Positions 7,588 through 15,332 are shown, counted from the first letter of the stretch. The stretch: 19,130 bases of DNA from Spirochaetales bacterium UBA4629 (GCA_002406055.1 DHMZ01000026.1:1-19130), one strand, 5' to 3'. Numbers and translations are program-made. Notes: a model not told the origin generated them from the letters alone.

Positions 7588-8388
7588 TTATTCTTTGGTG
7601 ATATCAACACCGAAGTATTTAATTGAGAGTTCAGTTAAAACACCTTCGTTCCTCAATTCTTCTAAGGCCTTATTTATTGCCTCAAGAAGTGTTTTGGAAT
7701 CATCACCTTTTCTTACAGGGATTGCAACACTTGTCTTATCTTTGTCTAAGCATGCAATTTTGAATGGCGCATCTGGGTGTTCTTTCATGTAGTCATAATA
7801 AGTAACTTCTGCGTTTAGCGTTGCATCGATTCTTCCTGTGGCAAGAAGCTCAAATGTCTGAATCAAGTCATCTACACCTGTAACATTAGCTCCATATTTT
7901 TCTGCAACTTCCGCATATGTACTAGATATTGTATTGGCAGTTTTCTTTCCTTTTAGATCTTCCATCGAGGAAATTGAATTATTATCAGATTTAGTTATAA
8001 CGGCAGTTTTGTTATATGCGTAAGGAGTTGAGAAATTGTATTTCTCTGCTCTTTCAGGGGTAATGTCAACGCCGTTAATCATAACATCATATCTTCCTGC
8101 ATCGAGCCCAGCAAGAAGCCCATCCCATTCTCCTTCAATAAATTGAGCGCTTACTCCAATTTTTTGTGCAATGGCTTGGCCAATTTCTGTATCAAAACCT
8201 ACAAGGTTATTATTCTCATCATGATAAGTCCAAGGTGCCCATGTGCCTTCCATTGCGATTGTGATCGAGCCTTTGGCCTTAATACGCTCTAGCTGATCTC
8301 CACTTACAGCTGTCTCTTTGTTTCCACCTGCCATTATAGAATTAGCAAGTAGAATTGCAATTAGTGAAATTGTAATAAATTTCTTCAT
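7588..8388 (-). CDS. Polar amino acid ABC transporter substrate-binding protein (TcyA/FliY-like; cystine is a guess)
   Basis: Signal peptide MKKFITISLIAILLANSIMA. Family-3 SBP blocks: AMEGTWAPWTY, VGFDTEIGQAIAQKIGV, EWDGLLAGLDAGRYDVMINGV and ERAEKYNFSTPY. AGGAGA Shine-Dalgarno upstream. Confidence 0.85.
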   Translation of the reverse strand: MKKFITISLIAILLANSIMAGGNKETAVSGDQLERIKAKGSITIAMEGTWAPWTYHDENNNLVGFDTEIGQAIAQKIGVSAQFIEGEWDGLLAGLDAGRYDVMINGVDITPERAEKYNFSTPYAYNKTAVITKSDNNSISSMEDLKGKKTANTISSTYAEVAEKYGANVTGVDDLIQTFELLATGRIDATLNAEVTYYDYMKEHPDAPFKIACLDKDKTSVAIPVRKGDDSKTLLEAINKALEELRNEGVLTELSIKYFGVDITKE

Positions 8389-8399
8389 GCTTTTTCTCC

Positions 8400-9149
8400 T
8401 TATTCTATTTTTGAGAGTTCCATTCTTGTAATGAACTCTTTAGTTCTACTATTTTTAGGGTTAGTGAAGAATTCTTCAGTCTTATCTTCTTCAACAATGA
8501 CACCGCCTTCCATGAATACAATCTTGTTAGCAACTCCACGGGCAAAGCTCATCTCATGAGTAACAACAACCATCGTCATTCCTTCTTCTCCTAGTTTTTT
8601 CATAACAGATAAAACTTCTGAAGTAAGCTCTGGATCCAAGGCTGAAGTTGGTTCGTCAAAGTATATTAAGAGTGGTTCTGTTGCAAGAGCTCTAGCAATG
8701 GCAACACGTTGTTGCTGTCCTCCAGATAATTGCGAAGGGTAGTAAGAGGCTCTATCTAGCATACCTACTTTCTCTAGATACTTTTCACTTCTTTTTCTTG
8801 CCTCTTCTTTATTCATTTTTCTTGCAACAATGAGGCCTTCCATAACATTTTCTATAGCTGTTTTGTTGCTAAACAGGTTATAGTTTTGAAAAACAAAACC
8901 TGTCTTAAGTCTTATTTCTTTAATCTCTTTTTTAGTTATGGTTTTGGTGTCATATTCCTTTCCATCAAAGATTATTTTGCCATCATCTGCCTTTTCTAAG
9001 AAATTAAGACAACGCAAAAAAGTTGTTTTACCACTACCAGATGGTCCAAGGATTGCTATTACGTCACCTTTATTTACTGATAGAGAAATTCCTTTTAATA
9101 CTTCTAAAGAACCAAAGCTCTTCTTAATGTTTTCAACTTGTAAAATCAT
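8400..9149 (-). CDS. Polar amino acid ABC transporter ATP-binding protein
   Basis: Walker [11 protein letters not shown]-loop, ABC signature [15 protein letters not shown], Walker [13 protein letters not shown] and H-loop VVVTHEM. The start overlaps the permease stop (ATGA on the minus strand). Confidence 0.95.
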   Translation of the reverse strand: MILQVENIKKSFGSLEVLKGISLSVNKGDVIAILGPSGSGKTTFLRCLNFLEKADDGKIIFDGKEYDTKTITKKEIKEIRLKTGFVFQNYNLFSNKTAIENVMEGLIVARKMNKEEARKRSEKYLEKVGMLDRASYYPSQLSGGQQQRVAIARALATEPLLIYFDEPTSALDPELTSEVLSVMKKLGEEGMTMVVVTHEMSFARGVANKIVFMEGGVIVEEDKTEEFFTNPKNSRTKEFITRMELSKIE

Positions 9150-9814
9150 CAGTAGCCTCTCTTCTTAAACTGCTTTTCTCCCCAAGACTGAACCTTAGTA
9201 AGAATAGTACAAATTAGTAGGTAAATAAAACCAACTTCTAGGTAGAGAACAAGAGGCTCATATGTTCTAGCAACGATGCGCTGTGTCTGCATAAACATCT
9301 CAGTAACTGTGATATTTGCGGCAAGAGAGGTATCTTTTACCATACTTATAAGTGAGTTGAAGAGAGTCGGAAATGCAATTCGTAGAGCTTGAGGAAGAAC
9401 GATTCTTTTCATGGTTTGTAACCAACTCATTCCCACACATTCTCCGGCTTCTAGTTGTCCCTTTGGAACAGCTTCTATGGCTGCTCTGATTGTTTCAGAG
9501 GAGTATGCTCCTTCGTTAATCGAGAAGACTAAAACAGCTGCAGGAAAAGGATCAATTAGTATGCCAATAGATGGAAAACCAAAAAAGACGACAAAGAGTT
9601 GAACTAAGAGAGGAGTACCTCTAATTATCCAAATGTAAAAACGGCAAATGTTTTTTAATACTGGGATTTTTGCAACTTGTATAAGTGCAACGACAGTTGC
9701 AATAACAAGAGCAAAGGAAAAAGAGAGAAGAGTAAGTGGTATTGTTCTCTCAAGTCCAGGTTTCAATATCTTCCAAAATGAATCTATGACAAGATTCAGT
9801 ATTCGCTCGTTCAC
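9149..9814 (-). CDS. Polar amino acid ABC transporter permease (HisM/HisQ-type)
   Basis: Five or so hydrophobic segments and an EAA-type loop ([30 protein letters not shown]). GTG start preceded by AGGGAGAG. Confidence 0.9.
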   Translation of the reverse strand: MNERILNLVIDSFWKILKPGLERTIPLTLLSFSFALVIATVVALIQVAKIPVLKNICRFYIWIIRGTPLLVQLFVVFFGFPSIGILIDPFPAAVLVFSINEGAYSSETIRAAIEAVPKGQLEAGECVGMSWLQTMKRIVLPQALRIAFPTLFNSLISMVKDTSLAANITVTEMFMQTQRIVARTYEPLVLYLEVGFIYLLICTILTKVQSWGEKQFKKRGY

Positions 9815-9837
9815 TTTTCTCTCCCTATACTAAAAGC

Positions 9838-9866
9838 AAAATAATTAATCAATAGCCAAGTGTCAA
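9838..9866 (-). promoter_or_regulatory. Putative promoter of the ABC importer operon
   Basis: On the minus strand: perfect TTGACA (rc of 9861-9866), a 17-nt spacer, then TATTTT (rc of 9838-9843). This lies about 25 nt upstream of the permease GTG. Confidence 0.4.
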
Positions 9867-9962
9867 TGATATACCTAGAATAGAGAAGAGACATTTTTAA
9901 GTATGAAAACAATTTCATATTTGTTATTTTTTCGTAAAGATTTCTTTATTAAAATTTTTTTA

Positions 9963-9991
9963 TTGACGCATTAGCAAAAAATGTGTTAAAA
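9963..9991 (+). promoter_or_regulatory. Putative promoter driving the T-box leader
   Basis: TTGACG at 9963-9968 preceded by a T-rich UP-like run. A weak -10 (TTAAAA at 9986-9991, or TGtGTTAAA as an extended -10) follows after 16-17 nt. The position is right for a leader starting near 10000. Confidence 0.35.
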
Positions 9992-10010
9992 AACCAACAA
10001 TTAAAAAAAG

Positions 10011-10284
10011 CTACGACGAAGACGGAAAAGGAAGATAGCTAGAGCGAGCTGGGTACGGTGTGAGCCAGTAGTGAAGGGCCTTTAAACCTATCACTTCAGA
10101 GCTGGAGGACAGAAAACAGAGATGTAAGTAGAGGCCTCTCGTGATTGCTGCGTTAATGCATACGGCTTGATGGAGCCTGAGTGGCGTAGAAATACGCAAT
10201 TTGAGTGGTACCGCGGGTATAGTATCAAAAAATAGATATAACTCGTCTCAAAGGATTAATAGTCTTTTGGGGCGAGTTTTTTTT
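10011..10284 (+). promoter_or_regulatory. T-box riboswitch leader (tRNA-sensing transcription attenuator); specifier most likely AUC (Ile)
   Basis: - T-box sequence AATTTGAGTGGTACCGCG at 10198-10215 (consensus AAnnnGGGTGGTACCGCG).
- Stem I AG-bulge AGAGCGA (10041-10047) with the distal stem-loop GCTGG-GTACGGTGTGAG-CCAGT, followed by TAGTGAA.
- F-box-like GCGTTA at 10150-10155.
- Stem III GCGTA-GAAA-TACGC (10184-10197) immediately 5' of the T-box.
- Antiterminator helix TTTGAG (10200-10205) pairs with CTCAAA (10247-10252), which is also the 5' arm of the terminator.
- The UGGU bulge can pair with a tRNA ACCA end. Confidence 0.85.
10242..10284 (+). terminator. T-box expression-platform intrinsic terminator
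   Basis: CTCGTCTCAAAGG (10242-10254) pairs with CTTTTGGGGCGAG (10264-10276). The stem is 13 bp including 3 G-U pairs, with a 9-nt loop, followed by T8 (10277-10284). It lies 19 nt upstream of the GTG at 10303. Confidence 0.85.
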
Positions 10285-10302
10285 ATTTGGAGGATTTGAG
10301 AA

Positions 10303-12573
10303 GTGGAAGCGAGAAGCTACAGTGATCAACTTAGAGATGTTGCATCTAGAATCAAAGGCATGAGAGAGATTATGGCTCTTTCGGAGAGCGAGATGGCAAA
10401 GAAGACCGAGGTTAGTCTTTCTGACTACAAAAATTATGAAAGTGGAAGCGTTGATTTACCTTTCTCTTTCATTCATAAGTGTGCTTTAGTCTTCTCGATA
10501 GATATTACCGATCTTCTAGAAGGTGAATCTACGACATTAACTTCTTATACTGTAACAAGAAAAGGTCAGGGTGTTCAGACAGCAAAGGAAGAAGGTATCG
10601 ACATTTTTAATCTTGCACCAAAGTTTAAAGATAAGCTAGCCGAGCCGTATTGGGTACGATATGAATACTCTGAGGAACTACAATCTAGACCAATACAGCT
10701 AAGCAAACACTCTGGACAAGAGTTTGACCTTGTTCTTTCAGGTTCTCTTTTAGTTCAAGTTGGTGAGAATAAAGAAGTTCTTCATGAGGGTGATAGCATT
10801 TACTATAACTCTTCAACTCCACACGGCATGATTGCTGTTGAAGGAAAAGATTGTGTTTTCTGTGCTGTTGTACTTTCAGGGGAAGAAAATAAGGGGGATG
10901 AGGTAATAATAGACTCTATTGTACCTCGTCCAGATAAAAAGCCTCTTCTTATAGAAAAGTTTGTTAAATGCAGTGAAGATAAAGAGGGACATTTAACAGG
11001 CGTTGAGTTTAAGAATACAGATGCATTTAACTTTGGTTTTGATGTCGTTGATGCAATAAGCGAGCATTATCCAAATAAGACAGCTCTTGTTTACTTGGAC
11101 AGAAATAGAAATGAGAGAAGATTTACGTTTGAAGAAATAAAAAAAGAGTCGAATAGATGTGCCAACTATCTTCTCAGCTTAGGTGTAAAAAAGGGTGATA
11201 AAGTTATGCTCGTCTTAAAGCGGCATTGGGAATTTTGGATTACCATCGTTGCACTTCATAAAATAGGAGCGGTTGCTATTCCTGCAACTTACCTCTTAAG
11301 AGAGCATGACTATATTTATCGCTTTAATGCAGCTAGTGTCTCAGCTGTAATTTCTACAGCTACAGGAGACTCTGCTAGCATGATTGATTCTGTTTTATCG
11401 GAGTGTCCAACTGTAAAGACAAAGATTATCGTACAAGGAGAAAAAGAAGGTTGGCACAATTTTGATAAAGAGTATCCTCTCTTTAAGAGTTCATTTAAAA
11501 GAACTAGCTCTTCTCCAAGTGGAGAAGAAAGTGCGCTTATGTTTTTCTCTAGCGGAACAACAGGAAACCCTAAGATGGTTGAGCATAAGCATACCTATGC
11601 TCTTGGACACTTTATTACAGCACGCTATTGGCATTGCTGTGAACCTGATGGCCTACACTTTACTATATCTGATACAGGTTGGGGAAAGTCACTTTGGGGT
11701 AAGTTATATGGACAATGGATGTGTGAAGGCGCTGTTTTTGTCTATGATTTTGACCGTTTTGATGCCCATGACTTATTGCCACTCTTTGCCAAATATAAGA
11801 TAACAACCTTCTGTGCTCCTCCAACAATGCTAAGAATGATGATAAAAGAAGATTTAACTAAATATGATTTCTCATCGGTAAGACATATGACAACGGCAGG
11901 CGAAGCACTAAACCCTGAAGTTGCAATACAGTTTGCAAAGGCAACAGGCTTGGAGATTATGGAAGGCTTTGGACAGACAGAAACAACACTTACTATTGCT
12001 AATTTTAGAGGTACAAAGGTAAAGATGGGAAGCATGGGAAAACCTAGCCCTGAGTACGATGTACACATCCTCACTCCAGATGGTGAAGAGTGTCTTCCTG
12101 GTGAAACTGGTGAAATTGCTATCTCTCTTAAAAATGGCAATCCTATTGGGCTCTTTACTGAATATTATCGTGATGAAGAAAAGACAAAGGAAGCTATACA
12201 TGATGGCTACTATCATACAGGCGATACTGCTTGGAAGGATGAAGATGGCTATTTCTTCTATGTAGGAAGAACAGATGACATTATTAAATCTTCTGGCTAT
12301 CGTATTGGACCATTTGAAGTTGAGTCTGTAATCATGGAGCTTCCATATGTTCTAGAGTGTGGTGTCTCTGCATCACCTGATCCTATCAGAGGTCAAATTG
12401 TTAAGGCATCGATTGTTCTTACAAAGGGCACTGAACCAACGGAAGAACTAAAGAAAGAAATTCAGAACTACGTAAAAGAACATACAGCTCCATATAAATA
12501 CCCTCGATTAATTGTCTTCAAAGATGAACTGCCAAAGACAATTAGTGGAAAGATAAAGAGGAATGCACTATGA
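10303..12573 (+). CDS. Fusion protein: XRE-family HTH + cupin sensor module (PuuR-like architecture) fused to an AMP-forming medium/short-chain acyl-CoA synthetase
   Basis: One uninterrupted 756-aa ORF with a GTG start 9 nt after GGAGG (10289-10293).
- Residues about 10-72: HTH_3-like (LSESEMAKKTEVSLSDYKNYESG).
- Residues about 105-192: cupin-like (HSGQEFDLVLSG...EGDSIYYNSSTPHGM).
- Residues about 236-756: adenylate-forming enzyme with FFSSGTTGNPKM (nt 11542-11577), EGFGQTETT, YHTGDTAW, GRTDDIIKSSGYRIGPFEVES and PKTISGKIKR. Confidence 0.85.
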   Translation: MEARSYSDQLRDVASRIKGMREIMALSESEMAKKTEVSLSDYKNYESGSVDLPFSFIHKCALVFSIDITDLLEGESTTLTSYTVTRKGQGVQTAKEEGIDIFNLAPKFKDKLAEPYWVRYEYSEELQSRPIQLSKHSGQEFDLVLSGSLLVQVGENKEVLHEGDSIYYNSSTPHGMIAVEGKDCVFCAVVLSGEENKGDEVIIDSIVPRPDKKPLLIEKFVKCSEDKEGHLTGVEFKNTDAFNFGFDVVDAISEHYPNKTALVYLDRNRNERRFTFEEIKKESNRCANYLLSLGVKKGDKVMLVLKRHWEFWITIVALHKIGAVAIPATYLLREHDYIYRFNAASVSAVISTATGDSASMIDSVLSECPTVKTKIIVQGEKEGWHNFDKEYPLFKSSFKRTSSSPSGEESALMFFSSGTTGNPKMVEHKHTYALGHFITARYWHCCEPDGLHFTISDTGWGKSLWGKLYGQWMCEGAVFVYDFDRFDAHDLLPLFAKYKITTFCAPPTMLRMMIKEDLTKYDFSSVRHMTTAGEALNPEVAIQFAKATGLEIMEGFGQTETTLTIANFRGTKVKMGSMGKPSPEYDVHILTPDGEECLPGETGEIAISLKNGNPIGLFTEYYRDEEKTKEAIHDGYYHTGDTAWKDEDGYFFYVGRTDDIIKSSGYRIGPFEVESVIMELPYVLECGVSASPDPIRGQIVKASIVLTKGTEPTEELKKEIQNYVKEHTAPYKYPRLIVFKDELPKTISGKIKRNAL

Positions 12574-13367
12574 CAAAAAGAATGAAGGTTGCTTCCATTC
12601 AGATGGATGTAAAATTTGGTCAAAAAAGAGAGAACTATGAAAAAGCTCTTGTACTGCTAGAAGAAGCAAAGAAAAGAGGCTCTGATGTAGCACTTTTACC
12701 TGAGCTATGGGACTTGGGATTTTTTCCTGAAAACAATCTCTCTCAAATGGCAGATTTAGAAGGATTCGAAACAAAGGCTTTCTTGTCATCTTGTGCAAGA
12801 AAACTCGATATGAATATTGTTGGAGGCTCTGTTGTAAATAAAAGAGGTAAAGGACTCTACAACAGTTGTTTTGTCTTTGATAGAAGTGGTCATCTTCAAG
12901 CTGAATATGACAAGACACATCTTTTTTCACCTCTTAATGAAGATAAGTTCTTCACTCCAGGGGATCATCTATCAACATTTATGTTTGATGGAGTTAAGTG
13001 TGGCGTTATTCTTTGCTATGATTTGCGTTTTCCTGAGCTCTCTCGTCGCCTTAGTTTAGATGGGGTCGAGATGCTTTTTGTTAGTGCATCTTGGCCACTA
13101 GAGAGAAAAGGACATCTACTTACACTTTCAAGAGCGAGAGCTATTGAAAACGAAATATATCTTGTTCTCTCTTCATCTGCAGGGAAGAGAGAAGATATAG
13201 ATTTCTGTGGCTGTTCTTCGATTTTTTCTCCGACAGGAGAGCTACTAGCAACACAGGATAACCAGGAAGAAGGGATAGTTGAAGCTTGTTTTGATGAAAA
13301 AGAAGTGTATTTAGCTCGAACAAATCTTCCTGTTTTTAAAGATAGAAAACCGAATTTGTACAAATAG
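12570..13367 (+). CDS. Carbon-nitrogen hydrolase, Nit/omega-amidase (YafV/MtnU-like) branch of the nitrilase superfamily
   Basis: A Glu-Lys-Cys triad is visible in LLPELWD, YDKTHLF and ILCYDLRFPE. The size (265 aa) is typical. The ATG overlaps the upstream stop (ATGA at 12570-12573). Confidence 0.8.
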   Translation: MTKRMKVASIQMDVKFGQKRENYEKALVLLEEAKKRGSDVALLPELWDLGFFPENNLSQMADLEGFETKAFLSSCARKLDMNIVGGSVVNKRGKGLYNSCFVFDRSGHLQAEYDKTHLFSPLNEDKFFTPGDHLSTFMFDGVKCGVILCYDLRFPELSRRLSLDGVEMLFVSASWPLERKGHLLTLSRARAIENEIYLVLSSSAGKREDIDFCGCSSIFSPTGELLATQDNQEEGIVEACFDEKEVYLARTNLPVFKDRKPNLYK

Positions 13368-13381
13368 ATGAGGAGGAAAGT

Positions 13382-14473
13382 ATGAGTTTCGACATTAGAG
13401 TTGAAAGAACAAAAGAACCAAAGGAAAAGCCAGATGAGAATCATCTTGGGTTTGCTAAGTATTTTACAGATCACATGTTTTGTGCTGATTGGACAGAAGA
13501 CGAGGGATGGCATGATTTTAGAGTTGTTCCTCATAAGCCAATATTAATTGAGCCTGCATCCTGTGTCTTACATTATGCACAAATGATGTTTGAGGGAATG
13601 AAAGCATATAGAGCACCAGATGGAGATGTCCTTCTCTTTAGACCAGATATGAACGAAAAGAGAATGGAAAAAACATGTGAGAGAATGTGTATTCCTATGC
13701 TACCTAAAGGTCTTCTTGTTGAGGCAATTAGAAGCTTAATTCAGACAGATGAGTCATGGGTTCCATCAAAAGAAGGAACAGCTCTTTACATTAGGCCTTT
13801 TATCTTTGGCGACGAAGTTTCTTTCTCAGTTCTTCCTGCAAAGCACTATCGCTTTATGATTATTCTTACTCCAACAGGTTCTTATTATGCTGCTAATGAT
13901 GGAGGATTATCTACAACAAGAATCTTTGTTCAAGATAAGTATATAAGAGCAGCAGAGGGCGGAACTGGATATGCAAAGGTCGGTGGTAACTATGGTGGCG
14001 CAATGAGAGCAAGTGAAGATGCTATGCGTTTTAACTGTAAAGATGTTTTATGGCTTGATGCCAAAGATCATAAATACGTTGAAGAAATAGGAACATCTAA
14101 TGCTTTCTTTGTTATAAATAATGAGGTAATAACAGCACCACTCGATAGTGGAACGATTCTTCCTGGTATTACTCGTGATAGTGTTATTCGCCTTCTCTCA
14201 TCATGGGGAATTAAGGTAAGCGAGAGAAAACTCAGTATCTATGACGTGCTCGAAGCAAGTAGAAATGGAACATTGACTGAAATATTTGCTTCAGGAACTG
14301 CTGCTGTTATTTCACCTATAGGATGCTTATGTTTTAACGGCGAAGATTACCCTGTCCAAAAGGAAAAGGTCGGACCAATTGCACAGAAACTCTACGATAC
14401 TCTCTACGGAATTCAAACGGGAAGAATAAAAGATGATATGGGTTGGTCTTATAGCTTGGGTTTAAAAAAGTGA
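13382..14473 (+). CDS. ilvE: Branched-chain amino acid aminotransferase (PLP fold type IV, long YbgE/YwaA-type)
   Basis: FTDHMF, HYAQMMFEGMKAYR, LFRPDMNEKRM, ALYIRPFIFG, GGTGYAKVGGNYG (PLP lysine region) and GITRDS. AGGAGG Shine-Dalgarno 5-6 nt upstream. Confidence 0.9.
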   Translation: MSFDIRVERTKEPKEKPDENHLGFAKYFTDHMFCADWTEDEGWHDFRVVPHKPILIEPASCVLHYAQMMFEGMKAYRAPDGDVLLFRPDMNEKRMEKTCERMCIPMLPKGLLVEAIRSLIQTDESWVPSKEGTALYIRPFIFGDEVSFSVLPAKHYRFMIILTPTGSYYAANDGGLSTTRIFVQDKYIRAAEGGTGYAKVGGNYGGAMRASEDAMRFNCKDVLWLDAKDHKYVEEIGTSNAFFVINNEVITAPLDSGTILPGITRDSVIRLLSSWGIKVSERKLSIYDVLEASRNGTLTEIFASGTAAVISPIGCLCFNGEDYPVQKEKVGPIAQKLYDTLYGIQTGRIKDDMGWSYSLGLKK

Positions 14474-15111
14474 AAAGGATAACTCTGTTTTTAGGTCACT
14501 ATGGATCTGGAAAAACTAATGTAGCTATAAACTATGCATACCATATAAATAAAAAAGGCAAAAAAGTTGTTATAGCTGATTTAGATATAGTTAATCCATA
14601 TTTTAGAACCAAAGATAGCCAAGAGGAATTAGAAGCGAAAGGAATTGAAGTTATTTCACTTCCTTTTGCGGATAGCAATGTTGATTTACCGGCTCTTCCT
14701 TCGTCTATTTATAGATTAGTAGAAGACAAATCAATTTATTCTGTAATTGATGTAGGCGGTGATGATAGAGGTAGTTATGCTCTAGGTCGTCTTGTTCCTT
14801 ACGTAAAAGAAGAAAACAACTACGATATGTTCTATGTTGTGAATTTTTATCGCCCTTTAACTCAAAATGCACTAGATGCATATGAAGTTTTGAAAGAGAT
14901 AGAAAAAGCATCGGGACTATCTTTTACTGGAATAATAAACAACTCTAATCTTGGAGCAGATACTACTAGAGACACAATAGAAAAAAGAATAGATGAGGCT
15001 GAAAAACTCTCTCGTCTTTCTAATCTTCCAATTGTTTATACAACAGTTGAAGAGGGGCTAAAAGGAAATAATGAATTTGGTCTAAAGTTACAAAGAAGGC
15101 CATTTGATTAA
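14470..15111 (+). CDS. Uncharacterised SIMIBI-class P-loop NTPase (MinD / G3E-metallochaperone-like)
   Basis: Walker A GHYGSGKT at residues 9-16. Walker-B-like hydrophobic strand plus VIDVGGDD. A later IINNSNLG resembles an NKxD-type specificity strand. No Cys/His metal motif, HTH or membrane segment. The GTG start overlaps the ilvE stop (GTGA). Confidence 0.6.
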   Translation: MKRITLFLGHYGSGKTNVAINYAYHINKKGKKVVIADLDIVNPYFRTKDSQEELEAKGIEVISLPFADSNVDLPALPSSIYRLVEDKSIYSVIDVGGDDRGSYALGRLVPYVKEENNYDMFYVVNFYRPLTQNALDAYEVLKEIEKASGLSFTGIINNSNLGADTTRDTIEKRIDEAEKLSRLSNLPIVYTTVEEGLKGNNEFGLKLQRRPFD

Positions 15112-15124
15112 AAAGGAAATTGTT

Positions 15125-15331
15125 ATGGCAAAGATTACTTTTGAAATAGACAAATGTAAGGGATGTGGACTCTGTGTAGAAGCTTGTCCTAAGTCTCTTC
15201 TTTTTCTTGATAAAAGCAAAATGAATAAGAAGGGACATAATTATGTTCAAATAAAAGATATGTCTAAGTGCGTAGGTTGTGGCTTCTGCTTCGCTATGTG
15301 CCCAGACTCAATAATTACGGTGGAAAAATAA
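15125..15331 (+). CDS. 2-oxoacid:ferredoxin oxidoreductase delta subunit (2x[4Fe-4S] ferredoxin)
   Basis: Two CxxCxxCxxxCP motifs (CKGCGLCVEACP and CVGCGFCFAMCP). I place the start at ATG 15125 (MAKITFE), with AAGGA 7 nt upstream, rather than the tracked 15104. Confidence 0.85.
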   Translation: MAKITFEIDKCKGCGLCVEACPKSLLFLDKSKMNKKGHNYVQIKDMSKCVGCGFCFAMCPDSIITVEK

Positions 15332-15332
15332 T

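Noticed and set aside
10011-10199. 62-aa minus-strand ORF in the intergenic region
   Set aside because: It lies entirely inside the T-box leader on the opposite strand. It has no Shine-Dalgarno and its composition is Ser/Leu/Cys-rich noise. The RNA structure explains this DNA.
11462-12265. Several 68-132-aa ORFs on both strands inside the acyl-CoA synthetase gene (11462-11803 +, 11742-12140 -, 11908-12216 -, 12059-12265 +)
   Set aside because: All are out of frame with or antisense to a region carrying the conserved adenylation motifs of the real gene. None has independent support.
13016-13534. 172-aa minus-strand ORF spanning the C-N hydrolase / ilvE junction
   Set aside because: It is antisense to two well-supported genes with strong motif content. 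It has no recognisable domain or ribosome-binding site. It is a typical shadow ORF in AT-rich DNA.
5065-14473. Methionine-salvage interpretation linking the MtnA-like gene with the omega-amidase and aminotransferase
   Set aside because: The genes sit in separate transcription units, divided by two opposite-strand units. The specifier loop contains no AUG. No mtnK, mtnB, mtnW, mtnX or mtnD genes are present in the window.
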